Assembly (NCBI GenBank): GCA_964016885.1
Contig: OZ024740.1
Coordinates: 423,708,001 to 423,772,000 of the forward strand
Direction of reading: 5' to 3'
Origin: Eledone cirrhosa
Taxonomy: Eukaryota
Length of the DNA stretch: 64,000 nt
Each line of letters starts with the position of its first letter. The stretch's first letter is position 1. Position numbers and translations under genes: made by a program. This document shows positions 63,890 through 64,000 of the stretch, piece after piece. Under the pieces are notes generated by a model that searched no databases, had not been told where the DNA came from, and saw only the letters and a program-made list of their open reading frames with translations.

Positions 63890-64000
63890 TGTTTTAAATA
63901 AACATGTTTTAACAGTCTATTCTCCGATTTTTTACTTTCCCACGTGCTTACGCTCTGCTAACTCTCTAGCCCACTAAATATTAACACTTCGAATATTTAA

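Larger units (their letters stand above)
62139..63990 (+). mobile_element. Penelope-like element, Naiad-type, 5'-truncated (RT thumb, linker, GIY-YIG endonuclease, 3' UTR/pLTR)
   Basis: Open frame from 62141: HRISRLSANEDIFNQAADYYNRALISAGF (thumb), WFHPPYS...NFPPNHRYRKILNRSNIKISFS, CNCRDRGRCPLRGYC (CxCx5Cx5C), VIY...YIG...FKIRFRTH, CDLCLME. Hammerhead and AATAAA (63897-63902) downstream. Right end approximate. Confidence 0.88.

Overview
Eukaryotic, gene-poor, repeat-saturated DNA. The repeat families (CORE-type tRNA SINE with an RTE tail, RTE LINE with a (GAT)n tail, Penelope-like elements, dense (TA)n/(CA)n) suggest an invertebrate, probably an octopus-like cephalopod; this is an inference. 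Bases 1-47217 are one homogeneous satellite of about 1,030 copies of a 46-bp monomer (ATATAAGACTGTAGTGGTATTGACTAATGTA[C/G]TCCAATCTAATTCT), with no spacers but with datable multi-monomer block duplications. The remaining 16.8 kb contains: a decayed 5'-truncated RTE LINE (RT plus a PHD-like finger); its partner tRNA-CORE-RTE SINE (four copies plus a LINE 3'-UTR fragment); an internally deleted RTE-BovB-like element; fragments of several Penelope-like elements (Naiad-type and Neptune-type GIY-YIG ends) carrying four hammerhead-ribozyme motifs; micro- and minisatellites; and a 3.4-kb frame-preserving trinucleotide-derived array. No intact host gene is supported; one short minus-strand exon candidate is noted. 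The most unusual structure is at 49433-49780, where a perfect 55-bp palindrome places hammerhead cores back-to-back on both strands. Most long ORFs in the supplied track are repeat artefacts.
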